NCBI RefSeq assembly: GCF_001194135.2
Contig: NC_068985.1
Location: 87,173,620 to 87,237,619 of the forward strand
Origin: Octopus bimaculoides
Lineage: Eukaryota
DNA: 64,000 nt
Direction: 5' to 3'
Position numbers and translations under genes: made by a program. This document shows positions 41,033-53,464 of the stretch, piece after piece. The notes below the pieces were generated by a model that was not told the origin of the DNA, ran no database searches, and saw only the letters and a list, made by a program, of their open reading frames with translations. The stretch's first letter is position 1. The number at the start of each line of letters is the position of its first letter.

Positions 41033-42399
41033 TTAAGAATATGTATACCAGTATAATTTCAGTTGAACTTTGAGCATTCATTCTGTGAAAGCATATCTAT
41101 ATATCTTTATTTTTCATATATATAACATAGAATAGCATTATTCTCCACTTGAGTTAAAAGGTTAAACTTGTTTTAATTACATAATACACACACACATACA
41201 TATATATTCTTACCCCCACACACACAAATACATATATGTACTTATGCACCAAATTTGGAATGGCAGTGAGTGGAATGCAATCAATCGTATGTCTCCTCAA
41301 TCAGAACTGACTTGTGATTGAACAACAACGTCCTCTACACAATGTAATCTTAATATCCCTCCCATAACCCACCTACATCCCACATTCCTTGATGGAGCAG
41401 TAGTAGCAGCAATCTAAGAAACTCCTGTCTGAATTTCTTTCTGATATTAAATATCTGAAACTATTTCACCAAATCTAAAAGCATATCATGTTCTTCAGTA
41501 AATAAAACATGTTCCAAAACTTCCAAATACAAACACCTTTAATTTCAAAATTTTAGTTTACAACAGGTGCATCATTGACTTTAATTCAATAAATATATCT
41601 TTTAAGCTTTTCTTTTACTTTTTTGGGAGTTCCTTATCGACTGATTTCTTCTATTCCTCTGTGTTAAAATGGCTTAAATGGTTTTTAAAATTTTGGAATT
41701 TTTTCTTTTTATTTTTTTGAATAGAAATCTTTTATAGTCGAATGTTTCTTTTTCAATAGAGAACAATTCTGTAGAGGGGAAAGAGAAGTAGTGCTTAGAA
41801 TTACTTAGACAAACTACAGCAAGAAATGACATTTGCTTTCAGAAGAGTTTATTTACAATGTATGTAAATGAAAACAAAGTCGTTAAAAAAAAAATGCTAA
41901 AATTAAACACGTACCACAGACATTCTAAAGCATACATTTTGTCTTGTTACAAAATAGATTAGCCTAAGCCTTGTGTAACAAAGTTGCTGCAAACGTCAGA
42001 ATTTCTTCATGATGGACTCTGTCTGCTTATGGGTGAGAATAGACTTCATATATTGTCAGGTTCGACACCACAATATGGTCCTTTGTAACTTCAGACTCCA
42101 TGTTGATACTATGTGGCTTTGTCCTTGATATAATGGCTGAGTCTCAAATAATTGAAGTTAGTTGCTGTTTCCAAAGCAGTCTCACAAAACAAGCTGGGTT
42201 TGTGAAAGTAGATGTTAAAAACAATGATGTGGAATTCTAAAAAGATGCAGTAATCAGTCTAGAGGCAGATCAAATCTATTGAATAATTGTTTATATTTCA
42301 ATAATGTTGCTGTTTATTATTTACTGTTTATTATTGCTCGATATTTTAGGCACAGAGCAATCCCTCTCTCTTACACTGTATGGACGGTGGGGGGTTCAC

Positions 42400-43075
42400 A
42401 TGATCATGTGAACTCAATAAAGCCATCCATACAGTTCACAATAGAAAAAAAATTAAATCAGCTAACTTCCTGGATGTATTAATAACACGTACTAAGTCTG
42501 GATTCAGGACATCCATATACTACAAGCTGACTTTCACTGGACGATACCTCAACTTCAACTCCCACCATCCACACAGTGCAAAGAGAGGGATTGCTCAGTG
42601 CCTAAAACATCGTGCAAAGAATATAAGTAGCGATCGTGATACACCCCACGAAGAAATGATCAAGCTCAATAACGATCTGTTAAGCAACAACTACCCCAAA
42701 AGTATACTCTCCACTCTAATTATGAAGAGAAAAGTTGAAGCCAATAAACTGTCCACAGTCTGTCTACCCTATGTGAAAGGCCTCTCCAAAAAGATACAAA
42801 AGAGACGTGGCCCATATGACATCAGGACAGTATTCAAAAGTAATACAATACTTCACAAATATCTACTTCGTGTAAAACCACCAATAGAAGAGAATATGGA
42901 GAATGGAGATCACCTACCCCTGTGGGATGAAGTTAAAATAATAGAAAGAGAACACCACTGGAAAATATGAAAACTAAAAGAAGCAGCACATATGCTAGGA
43001 CACAACAACCTCCTAAGCAGACTGAGTGCAGATATGAGCAGCATATAAGAACCGGTATTAAGGAAGGATAGGAGA
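42400..43075 (+). mobile_element. Penelope-like element: RT thumb and linker, GIY-YIG largely deleted
   Basis: PSIQFTIEK, FLDVLI, YLNFNSHHP, NNYPK, VCLPYVKGLS, IRTVFK and a final KLKEAAHM block, broken by a frameshift and a stop. Confidence 0.9.
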
Positions 43076-43120
43076 TATATTAGATTTATTAGCCCTAAAA
43101 TTCACTCCATAATTGCCCAT

Positions 43121-43180
43121 GGTTAAGAGCGCGGGCTGATAACCCCAAGATTCCGAGTTCGCTTACAAGCAGCGACCTGA

Positions 43181-43233
<53 letters not shown>

Positions 43234-43420
43234 GTTGAAAACAATACTTAGGAATGAGTACCTAGGTTCGAAATTTCCCCATGACACCTGATAAAGGCTG
43301 GAGGGTATATCAGTCAAAAAGTTATGTTAACAACAAACAAGATGAGGACAAATATCCGTCAAATGTAAATAATGTAAAATAATGTACATAATTCCTCATC
43401 TCTTAAATATGGAATTGTAT
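43121..43420 (+). mobile_element. tRNA-head/(AAT)n/hammerhead-like repeat, copy 1, in the 3' pLTR position of the Penelope ORF
   Basis: Collinear with 53555-53800 and with 62731-62987 (-). Confidence 0.8.
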
Positions 43421-44300
43421 AAGTCGTAAGGTCGATTCGTTCAACTAAAGGCGGTGACTGAAACAAGTATTCCTTTCTCCTAAAGCCACAAGGCCTGAAA
43501 TTTGGTAGGAGGTGGGTGGTAAGTTGATTACATCAACCCCAGTGTTTGTGTTTCACCGGTACTTAATTTATTGACCCCAAAATTTATCGACCGTGGCAGC
43601 ATTTGAACTCAGAACGTAAAGCATGTTAACGACTCTGCCAACTTGCTCCCTTGAGAATGGATAAAATATTGCTGAGCGTTTGCCTCAGGGATGCTAACGA
43701 TTCTGAGAGCTCCATACCTTAAGTTGATTTGAAATAATGAAGTGCAGAATATTATTGTAAGGCTAGAATTTATACAATACTTTAGAAACGCAAAAGACAT
43801 GTTTACAGGATTTATTTAATTTACCAAAACTTTTAATAATTTTTTTTTATTCCAGAGATATTCCAGTTATGTATCAAATTTGGTATTTTTCATTCAAAAT
43901 GAAGATAATAAAAAACTAAAAAAGTTTCTACTTGGAGAAGAAAATAAAAGTAAATTATAAATGTCAATATTTTTGTCTCAATATTTCTCGATGAAAGAAA
44001 AAATTTTAGAAAACTGGTGAATTTTATATGAAAGGTTTTTTAGGGAATAAAACTTTTCACTCTCACCCCATCTCAATGTCTTCTTTTTCGTTTTGGTGTT
44101 TCTCTCTCTCTCTCTTTTTATCTTGCTCTTTTTCTTTCTCTCTCTCTCATATATATATGTATATATATATGCATATATCTGTGTGTGTGCACGTAGTGTA
44201 TCTATGTATTTTATCTATAGATATATGTATATGTACATAATATGTGTGTGTGTGGTGTGTCCATATATGTATATATAAATACACATAGGGATATATATAT

Positions 44301-44371
<71 letters not shown>

Positions 44372-44975
44372 CACATATGCACGCACACACATCTACACAC
44401 ATGAATTTTTATGTAAATATATATATATATATATTTACGTTATTTACTTGTATTTGAATATAGAGACTAAAAGTTTACACACAGAGAAGCACTCAATACA
44501 GAAGTAGAGAAGTACTCAATACTGAAGTGGAGTGTCAATGTTTATTGTAGCACTTCTCAGCATTTTCTGAATATCACTCATTATGTAAACTAGAAGATAG
44601 TCTGTCATATTACAAGGAATAAAATAATTGGTAGGAATTACTCTAGCCATAGATATCCAAGTTATAAGCCCCAGCTCCAGCACTTGGAACTACAAGTTAA
44701 TTTAACTGAAAATGTAAGACAAAAAACTTGGAAGTTACTAACAACAATCTGAAATTATAATCTCAGAGATAATATGGATGGAATATAGGTATTCTCCCTC
44801 AGACATGGGCAACAGGAATTGATGGAATTGGAAAATTACTAGAAAGGATAAGCAACAAGGTTGGACTAAGAAAATACTTATATTGGTAAGAAAAGGGGAA
44901 AAGATTAACGTAATAGACAAGGAGATAGTAAAGCAATGAGTTATGTGAATGTTATAATATTCTTTACTGCGAAGA

Positions 44976-45360
44976 CGGCGAGCTGGCAGAAACGTTAGCA
45001 CGCCGGGCGCAATGCTTCGCGGTATTTCGTCTGCCACTGCGTTCTGAGTTCAAATTCCGCCGAGGTCGACTTTGCCCTTCATCCTTTCGGGGTCGATAAA
45101 TTAAGTACCAGTTACGCACTGGGGTCGATATAATCGACTTAATCCGGTTGTCTGTCCTTGTTTGTCCCCTCTGTGTGTAGCCCCTTGTGGGCAGTAAAGA
45201 AATAGGTATTTTGTCTGTCTTTACATTCTGAGTTCAAATTCCGCTAAGGTCGACTTTGCCTTTTATCCTTTTGCGGTAGTTGCGTACTGGGATCGATTTA
45301 ATCGACTGGACCCCTCCCCCAAAGTTTTGGGCCTTGTGCCTAGAGTAGAAAAGAATATTC
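44976..45360 (+). mobile_element. SINE family C, CpG-rich young copy with a partial second unit
   Basis: ggcgagctggcagaaacgttagc (A-box-like), gagttcaaattcc (B-box), core gccgaggtcgactttgcccttcatcctttcggggtcgataaattaagtaccag. Confidence 0.85.
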
Positions 45361-45738
45361 TGTACCATGTCTTATCATCATCATCATTAACGTCACCATC
45401 ACTACCATCACCACCACATAAAATATATAATTACGTATATATATATATATATTTGTAATTATATATATANNNNNNNNNNNNNNNNNNNNNNNNNNNNNNN
45501 NNNNNNNNNNNNNNNNNNNNNNNNNNNNNNNNNNNNNNNNNNNNNNNNNNNNNNNNNNNNNNNNNNNNNNNNNNNNNNNNNNNNNNNNNNNNNNNNNNNN
45601 NNNNNNNNNNNNTTATAAATTAACTACCAACAAAAATAATTGGTAAGCTAACTTAAAAAATCATCACCTAAATAGCAGAAAAAAACGACAGTGAAGATAT
45701 GCAGACTCTTCAAGAATCGATCCTTTTGGTTATATAAA

Positions 45739-46044
45739 TAATAATAAAGGAGTTACATCGCAAAAACGTATAAATTCAAAAGAACATATTTATCTTCTTC
45801 AATATATATTTCAGTATAAAGAATTCATTAAGATGCTTAAATCAAAATTTCTTTACACATCATTCAGGAACAGATATAACATCAGAAAAAATACATTCCG
45901 TTTAAAAACACAAACCGTTCATGGCGAAAAATTTCACAATTTAAGCATCTTAATGAATTCTTTATACTGAAATATATATTGAAGAAGTTAAATATGTTGT
46001 TTTGAATTTATACGTTTTTGCGATGTAACTCCTTTATTATTATT
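45739..46044. mobile_element. MITE with ~104-bp near-perfect TIRs and ~96-bp spacer
   Basis: taataataaaggagttacatcgcaaaaacg...gatgcttaaat is mirrored at 45939-46044. Confidence 0.9.
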
Positions 46045-47999
46045 AATATATATATATATATATATATAATTACGAATATATATATATATAATTAAGTGTA
46101 TATATATGAGACAAAGGTGAGAGAACTAAGGGATAATAAATATCCAATATACTACTGGAACAAACAAATAAATAAATGAATAAATGCAACTCTACACTTA
46201 CAGTTGTTTCTACTTTGGGGTTCCAGCATGCCAAAGTCGACACATCATTCAAAAATTACACAAAAATGGAACCCCAAAGCTTCATCAGAGAATCCATAAC
46301 GGTAAGAATAAAAAAGTAAAATAGTAAAAAAAAGCATATACATGTATATATATATACATACATTTACATAAGTACGTGTGTGTCTATGCATACTTGTGTG
46401 AAAATTACTTTTTACAGAGCAGGGTAGACACATTACGAGTTGTAATTGTTGCTGTTATGTTTGTGGTTTTGGTTTTCATCTTGAGAAAGTTTATGTGGGT
46501 GTAATTGGCTACAAATTTTTTAAAGTTATTAATTGTGGAAATGGTATTCTTGATGTTGTATTTGTTTATTAGTTGGGGTTGGGTTGGGGGTGTTATTGGT
46601 GTATTCAGAAAATAATTTAGCTATTCGTTTGAATACTTGCAAAAACACCATCAAAGTGCAAAAGACAGTTTAAGATGGAGATTCGAATAGATCCAACTCT
46701 ATGACTTACCATCACTTGAATCTGAGAATATCCACAAGAAACATTTCAAGAAGAAATAGACATCGATGACTCTGACAAGGCAAGAAAGTGTATTTGAAAT
46801 CTATTTCACCATTTGAGCATGGTTTTTGCCAGTGTCACCCGACTGGCTCCTGTGTCGGAGGCACATAAAAAGCACCATTCAAGCGTGGTCGATGCCAGTA
46901 CCACCTGACTGGCCCTCGTGCTGGTGGCATATAAAAAGCACCCACTACACTCTCGGAGCGGTTGGCATTAGGGACGGCATCCAGCTGTAGAAACCTTGCA
47001 GATCAGATTGGAGCCTGCTGCAGCCTTCTGGCTCACCAGCCCTCAGTCAAATCGTCCAACCCATGCCAGTGTGGAAAGCGGATTTTAAATGACGATGATG
47101 ATGAAAGTGATGATGATTGTCAGAGTCTCTGCAGCAAGTATGTTGTGAGATAGGGAAATCGAAATCAATCGCCTCTTGCATTCTGAAGCACTGTCATTAA
47201 AAATGTTACGTACCCAGGACGGTCTATGCTTGTAATAAAGATGGCTCAGACCACAAAGTGGAGGTTTGTGAATGGGATTTGGCAAGACATGTAGACGATA
47301 TACACTTTCCGACAAATTTTGCTTGGAATATTAAGACTGCATTTAAATTAAACGGTCCAATCAACTGTCACACGTGCACCTGCAAGTATCTTGAGTAACC
47401 ATATATTATTGAGGAACATCATGTTAATCTCTTGGAGTAACCTTATGGCGCAACATACCATCAAAAGGATTAATTTGAACCATTTTTATTTGATGTAAAT
47501 ATGACTGACCCCATCTGCTTGAACTTGCTGTGATAATCTGTCGTGCCAAGTGCTCAAGAAGACTTTGGAGATATGGGGATATCTTTTCAGCTAGATGGAT
47601 TATCTTCACTCTTCCATAGTAATATAAGGGCCCACTAAGAGTGGGCTTTTACAAAACTGATAGGACAAAGAGGTTTGGTAGAATAAACTTCACATACACC
47701 AGACCTCAAAACACTGAACGTTTGTATAGGACAACAGTTGGCAAACTGTGCCCAGTCAAAGAACTTGAGTGTGTTCAGAGGTTAACCAACATATGTTTTA
47801 ATATTTGCAATTCCATTGCTTTTGTAGGACCAGAATGGTTGTTGTTTGAAACCTGACGTTTGTAAAAAATAAAAATTCTTCTCTCTGTAGATTTTACTTA
47901 ATATTGAAAATGAAAAGTATTTAAAAATAAAAGAAACTGACTCCATAATCATTCCATGTGTATATACATAATTTTGGGACACACTGTATACACTGTGTG

Positions 48000-48032
<33 letters not shown>

Positions 48033-48156
48033 GCATACATACACACACACACAAATATGCATACATGTAGCTACATGTCCACATAAATATATGTGCCTAT
48101 GCATACAAACATATATATATATATTCATTCATACAAACGATTATATGCACAAACAT

Positions 48157-48200
<44 letters not shown>

Positions 48201-48539
48201 CACTTTAAAAACCTCTGGAGTAATAGAGAATACAATCAGTAGGATATCTCCTGATGCAGCGCCAATTTGGTGAATGATGAGCCAAGTAAAATGGTTGCAG
48301 AAATTATGGAATAACCAACTAACAGTTGATTAATGATATGATCAGCTAAATGAGTCTTATGATGTGAAAAATATTATGTTTCTAATTAGAGGGGCCCTGA
48401 CTTTATAATTTCTAATTAGGTATTTTGTAGCAAATGCTGGCTTTCCCCAGCAATTATCATTGAAATCAAAAGATAATTTTGTTTGTTAGATCATATTCAC
48501 TTCGTAATTTATTACAATCATTGTTGATGTTGCTGTCAC

Positions 48540-48551
48540 TATTGTTGTTGC

Positions 48552-48617
<66 letters not shown>

Positions 48618-48688
48618 CATTATTATTGTTGTTGCTGTTGTTGTTGTTATTATTATTATTATTTTTATTATTGCTATTAGTATCATTA

Positions 48689-48749
<61 letters not shown>

Positions 48750-48828
48750 CGTCAGTTGTAGTAGTATTGTTGGTATTCTCACACTGCTGCTGTTTCTGCT
48801 GCTGCTGCTTCTGCTAGTGCTGCTGCTG

Positions 48829-48882
<54 letters not shown>

Positions 48883-48885
48883 GCA
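48540..48885. repeat. Compound (TAT)n/(TGT)n/(CTG)n/(CTA)n array
   Basis: Directly visible. Confidence 0.95.
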
Positions 48886-49269
48886 TTATTAATGTTACTG
48901 CTATTAAATTGTGTTTTATATTTTTTGTGTGATTCTCTGAGTATGTGTGTGCACGTGTGAGTGTATCTAGTGCACATACATGCATGTAATTCTGTGAATA
49001 TGAGTAATTATGTGCAGGCACGTGTATATACGTATGAGCCTCAGTGTGTGTGTGTGTGTGTGCCTGTTACCGTTTTACTAGAGTCAGCCATGAGTGATCA
49101 ATGATGCTCATATTACATATGAATATGGAACTCCAGCCTGCTAATTTATGTTGCATGACCTGCTGGAAATAACAGCAAAATCTTTCTTAAATGACACCTT
49201 ATCTCCAATAACAGCGGCAGCAGCAGAAACAACAGCAACATCAAAAATAAAATAATGAAGAAATGAAGA

Positions 49270-49720
49270 GATGGTCCACTGGGAAATGTGTAAGAAGTTC
49301 AGACTTCCATCAGGAGACAAGCGATATGAACCTGCACCTGGAAAAGTGAGTGAGAACGATGAGGTTTATACTTCTTTGGGACTATCCAATTGGATCATGT
49401 CCCAGAGCATAACAGACCAGATATTTTGGTGCTTGAGTAGAGAGAATGGACTTGCTACATAATTGATGTGGTCTGTCCATTTGATATAAAAATAAGAGAA
49501 GGAAAACATGAAAAAATTAGATTTGTACCAGAGCCTGCAGAGAGAAGTCAGCAGATTGTGGGGTTGCAGAAAATGTGTGGTTGTAGCAATTGTCAGAAAA
49601 ACCTTATGAAAGATGGGGAAGAGGCTCGGGGAGTAGGCAGAAAAAATCGCTCACAAAGGCACATAGAATACATACAACTGGCCAGTTTGTTAAGAATAGC
49701 AAAGATATTTCTTGAATGAC
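49270..49720 (+). mobile_element. R4/Dong-type 3' ORF fragment (restriction-like endonuclease)
   Basis: VHWEMCKK..., IDVVCPFD.KI...EKI, YQSLQREVSRLWG.RKCVVVAIV, IQLASLLRIAKI across frameshifts. Confidence 0.75.
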
Positions 49721-49818
49721 TGAGGTCACAGATTGTGACTTGGTATCCAAGGGTTGACCCACCTAAATTCCTTCATAGAGGTGAGGTACAAAACAAAATG
49801 AAATAATAAGGATACGTA

Positions 49819-50601
49819 CAGTAAACCCTCGACTATCGTGAGTGTTATGTTCCAAAACCTCCCACGATAGTTGAAAATCCGCAAAGTAAAAACAGTACTC
49901 TACTGTATTATTTTAATATTATTTTCACAATTTGTGTATATTTATTTTATTATAAATGCAAAACAACACCATGGACGAATCAACACAAGTTTAAATAATA
50001 AACCACGATAAGGGAACCGGGATCTTTTTTAAAACGGGGGCCACATTTTTCATTAATGTCTTACGTAGTGTTTTTGGTACCGAAAGACTTTCAAACTTCG
50101 TATACTTATCTATTTTGTGTTATAGAACAGAAAAATATTTTTGTATTCGAATTTATTTCATGTAAAAAATTGTCTTATTTCGATAATTTCAACCAATCAC
50201 TGACAAGTATTCAGTTGTTTACATTTACTCCTTTGGCTGATTAAGCGGTGTAAAGCGTATTTAATTTCCATAGCTTCGTTTTGCTTTTCTCTTTTTAAAG
50301 TTGCTGTTTTACCCTAACCCTATCACCGATAGAATTGTTTCAGAATCGTTTGTTTATGTAGTCGGCACTTAATGTATATCGGCTGAATGGACGTCAGTGA
50401 TTGGTTGAAATTACAGAAATACGACAACTTTAACATGGAATAACTTAGGGATTTCTTTTTTTTTAAAGAAGACTAAGAGAAAAAGATGTTTTATATGACA
50501 CATTCTACCAGTGTTCCAAGTTTCAAAGTGTTTCGTTAATGAAAAATGTGGCCCCCGTTTTAAAAAAGATCCGGGAACCGCAATATGGCGAGTGATTACT
50601 G
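49819..50601. mobile_element. Tc1/mariner (Tigger/pogo-like) MITE, interrupted by a second element
   Basis: TA|CAGTAAACCCTCGAC ... CGAGTGATTACTG|TA. Confidence 0.75.
50030..50572. mobile_element. 543-bp non-autonomous DNA transposon with ~38-bp TIRs and a perfect 8-bp TSD
   Basis: GGGAACCG|GGATCTTTTTTAAAACGGGGGCCACATTTTTCATTAA ... TTAATGAAAAATGTGGCCCCCGTTTTAAAAAAGATCC|GGGAACCG. Confidence 0.95.
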
Positions 50602-52290
50602 TATATACTTTTGATAATGAAATTGCAGATGCATTGTGTATGGAAAGACAAAAATGGTGGTTTCTGTTGCTATGATTTGTTTGTTGCATTGCTACGATTT
50701 CTTCCTTTCATCACTATGATTTGTTTCTTTCTCTTAAATCTAAGCTGACCTTGGGTTAAATAACAACAACAACAATCATGTAATTAAGTGTTTGTTTTAT
50801 TATGTTAATTATTAAGAGATGTCAGTTTATTTGTTTCCTCTCTTCATTAATTTAATTTTTGTTTCTTAATTGTTTTTCAATGGATGTAATTTTCCTGAGG
50901 TAGACTGTTTCTTGCAATTCTTAAACTGAATGTTTCTCTAGAAAAGTGCTTCTTTTGTCGCTCATCAAATGTTTAGCATTTTTCTTCTGAACAGCATCCA
51001 TGTTATATCCAGCCACTTCATCAGAACAGAATCCATTGAACTACATCTTTTGCCTTCTGTATAGTTTAGCATCAAGAAATTCACTCCTAACCACGTAATT
51101 TTACAAAGAGTAGGCACAAGTAAGGCTGTGTGCTTAAGAGGTATACTTGTTGACTAAATGATATTGGATTATTCCCACTGCCCGTTGACTCATCTAAATG
51201 TCTACTATAATCCTGCAGAGACCAAAGCCAAGTACATAGTTTTGATAGAGAAAAGCTGGAGAACCCTGTTGTTTAACTAGAGGTATATATGTGTGTTTCT
51301 CTGTGTATGAGTGTTTGTTTTTCTTAATCTAAACATGATTTTACCTCACTGATTATGAACAATAACTTTGCTAATGGTGTTGTTTGCATGCAATCTACAG
51401 CAAAAACATGTCTGGACAACTTGATATGTTGTGTAAATTTGTAACCAAAATCTTATCTATAAGGCGTCATTAGTTTCCAATTCTTCAAATATCCTGGATG
51501 TTTGTTGTTTGATAGATGGGAAGTTAATTACCTTGCTTAGAAACAAGTTCTGGTTAGCAATAAGAAGAGCATTTGGCCATAGAAAATTCTTCCCTGACGT
51601 ACTTTCATTTAACCATTACAAACTTGGAAAAGCAGATGTTAAAACAACAATGACGATGGTGATAAAAGATATTGGCTTGGTTTGTATGTGGTATCTTGAA
51701 AAGAGCTGTAAGAGAATTGTCGAAGAACACTGTGGTTCCGTTCTGAATGCTGCACAACCAGATGAAGAATGATTTACAAAGATAAAAATATAATGTTTGC
51801 TACTATTGTAATATTGATTTGGTCAAAAAATGAGACCTTTGCTAGAAATAGCAGTTAATAAAATTACGAACTTTATTGCAATATCAAGGACAAAACTAGA
51901 TAATTATCCTGCAAATGTATATTGTGTGAAAAGGGAAGAAATTACATAGAAAAGAATTCTATGAAAATACTCAAAAAAAACAAACAAAAAAAAAACGAAA
52001 CCAGACTCACACAAAAGTATTTGGTTTCTCATTGTTAGAATGGATACTTAACCATATGATCTACAAGAAGCAATTTCTTGCTAAAAAACAAGTGGCATAG
52101 AATGTTTGAGAATTTATCAGCAAAGAAGATTCTCCAGAGATTTCTGATAAACGAAGTAATTTTATTTGGTTAAAAATAACAGCTCAGTATTTGTCGTTCC
52201 ATTTCTAAAGTTGATTTACTGTAAGTTTAACTCACTCTGTTATATTGTGAATTCAGTGTGTTCCCTTTTATCAGTCACTGGTCTCTGAAT

Positions 52291-52527
52291 TCACTTCACA
52301 GCGATTTCTAAGACTGCATTTAACATGTGTTCCTGTTTGTCAGCTTCTTCTTGTGTGCAACAACCGGTTTCATGTCCACAATTATTCATCAAAGAGGAAG
52401 ATTTTTTTATACATAATGGTAGATCCAAATGACTGATAAACGATTTCAGCAGCAAAGAATGTAATATTTCCTGACTCCTTTTAGCTAACGTCATGACAAA
52501 ACACTGTGATCTTTTTCTACAGTCTGT
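52291..52527 (-). CDS. Candidate terminal exon with a SOCS/VHL-box-like motif (TDCRKRSQCFVMTLAKRSQEILHSLLLKSFISHLDLPLCIKKSSSLMNNCGHETGCCTQEEADKQEHMLNAVLEIAVK*)
   Basis: Acceptor ttttatacttgttgcttcag|ACA and 78 open non-repetitive codons. TLxxxSxxxL fits the BC-box and IxxLDLPxxI fits a cullin box. Confidence 0.45.
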   Translation of the reverse strand, partial: TDCRKRSQCFVMTLAKRSQEILHSLLLKSFISHLDLPLCIKKSSSLMNNCGHETGCCTQEEADKQEHMLNAVLEIAVK

Positions 52528-53464
52528 CTGAAGCAACAAGTATAAAATACAGTCAAAATTTCGGGATTTAAGGGGAATGAACATCTTTCAACATTAAGAT
52601 AGCAATTGTGACAAAGTTCTTTGTTTAGCACAAACGGAACAAGGAAAAATTTTAAAAATCCAATTTGAGTTCCCCCAAAAAACTGTAGTTAGGGAGAATT
52701 TTGTAATATCGAACAACATTCTTTGTTGCAGGAAATAATCCAGGAGAGAGAGAGAGAGAGAGGGAGAGAGAGAGAGAGAGAGAGAGTATTANNNNNNNNN
52801 NTTCTTTGTTGCAGGAAATAATCCAGGAGAGAGAGAGAGAGAGAGGGAGAGAGAGAGAGAGAGAGAGAGTATTATATCTCTGTTTACAAAATGATGGAAA
52901 TGTATTAAACCTGTCCCCAGGATAATAATTACAATCAATTCTTCGAGACATAATATCGGAAGAAATCTTCTCAACCCAGAGAGTCAAAAGGTTAAGCCAC
53001 CATCTGCCGCTGCACTTTTAAAACTGAAGACTCAACTAAACATTATCTGAAATTATCAGACATGTCTCTGATTCCATGTCTGTGCTTTTACAGGTGTCAA
53101 AGAAACGGTAGAGTGACGATAAAAGACATCGAAGCGACATTGAACCAGGACTGATCGTCAATTTTTTTTGCAGTGGGGAGGGGGTGAGAATTCAAAGTGG
53201 GTTCTAAAAGAAAGGTAATATGTGATCAGGGGGTTACCAAAATGGATTCTCATGTCCTTATGAGCACCAAATGCCACAAAGCCATACAGGAACTTTGCAC
53301 GAGAGAAGGCGATGAGACAAAACACGTGACATTAATGATACAGCACGAAAGGCCTAGCTGCTACATGTTTTCATAGTAAGAATAACTCTAGAATCGTTTG
53401 CCAGAAAAAAATGTAGAAAGATAAACAAAATGCAAAAGTAAAGAAAAGAAAAACAAAAGCAATG

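Noticed and set aside
47150-47856. Short ORFs that might be retroelement (integrase or RT) remnants
   Set aside because: No diagnostic motif could be aligned convincingly.
51509-51772. 87-aa plus-strand ORF with an acceptor-like site
   Set aside because: A competing minus-strand frame (HSERNHSVLRQFSYSSFQD...) is equally plausible, ORFs of this size arise by chance here, and there is no motif.
52719-52875. Direct duplication around a 10-N gap
   Set aside because: Same assembly artefact at a (GA)n tract.
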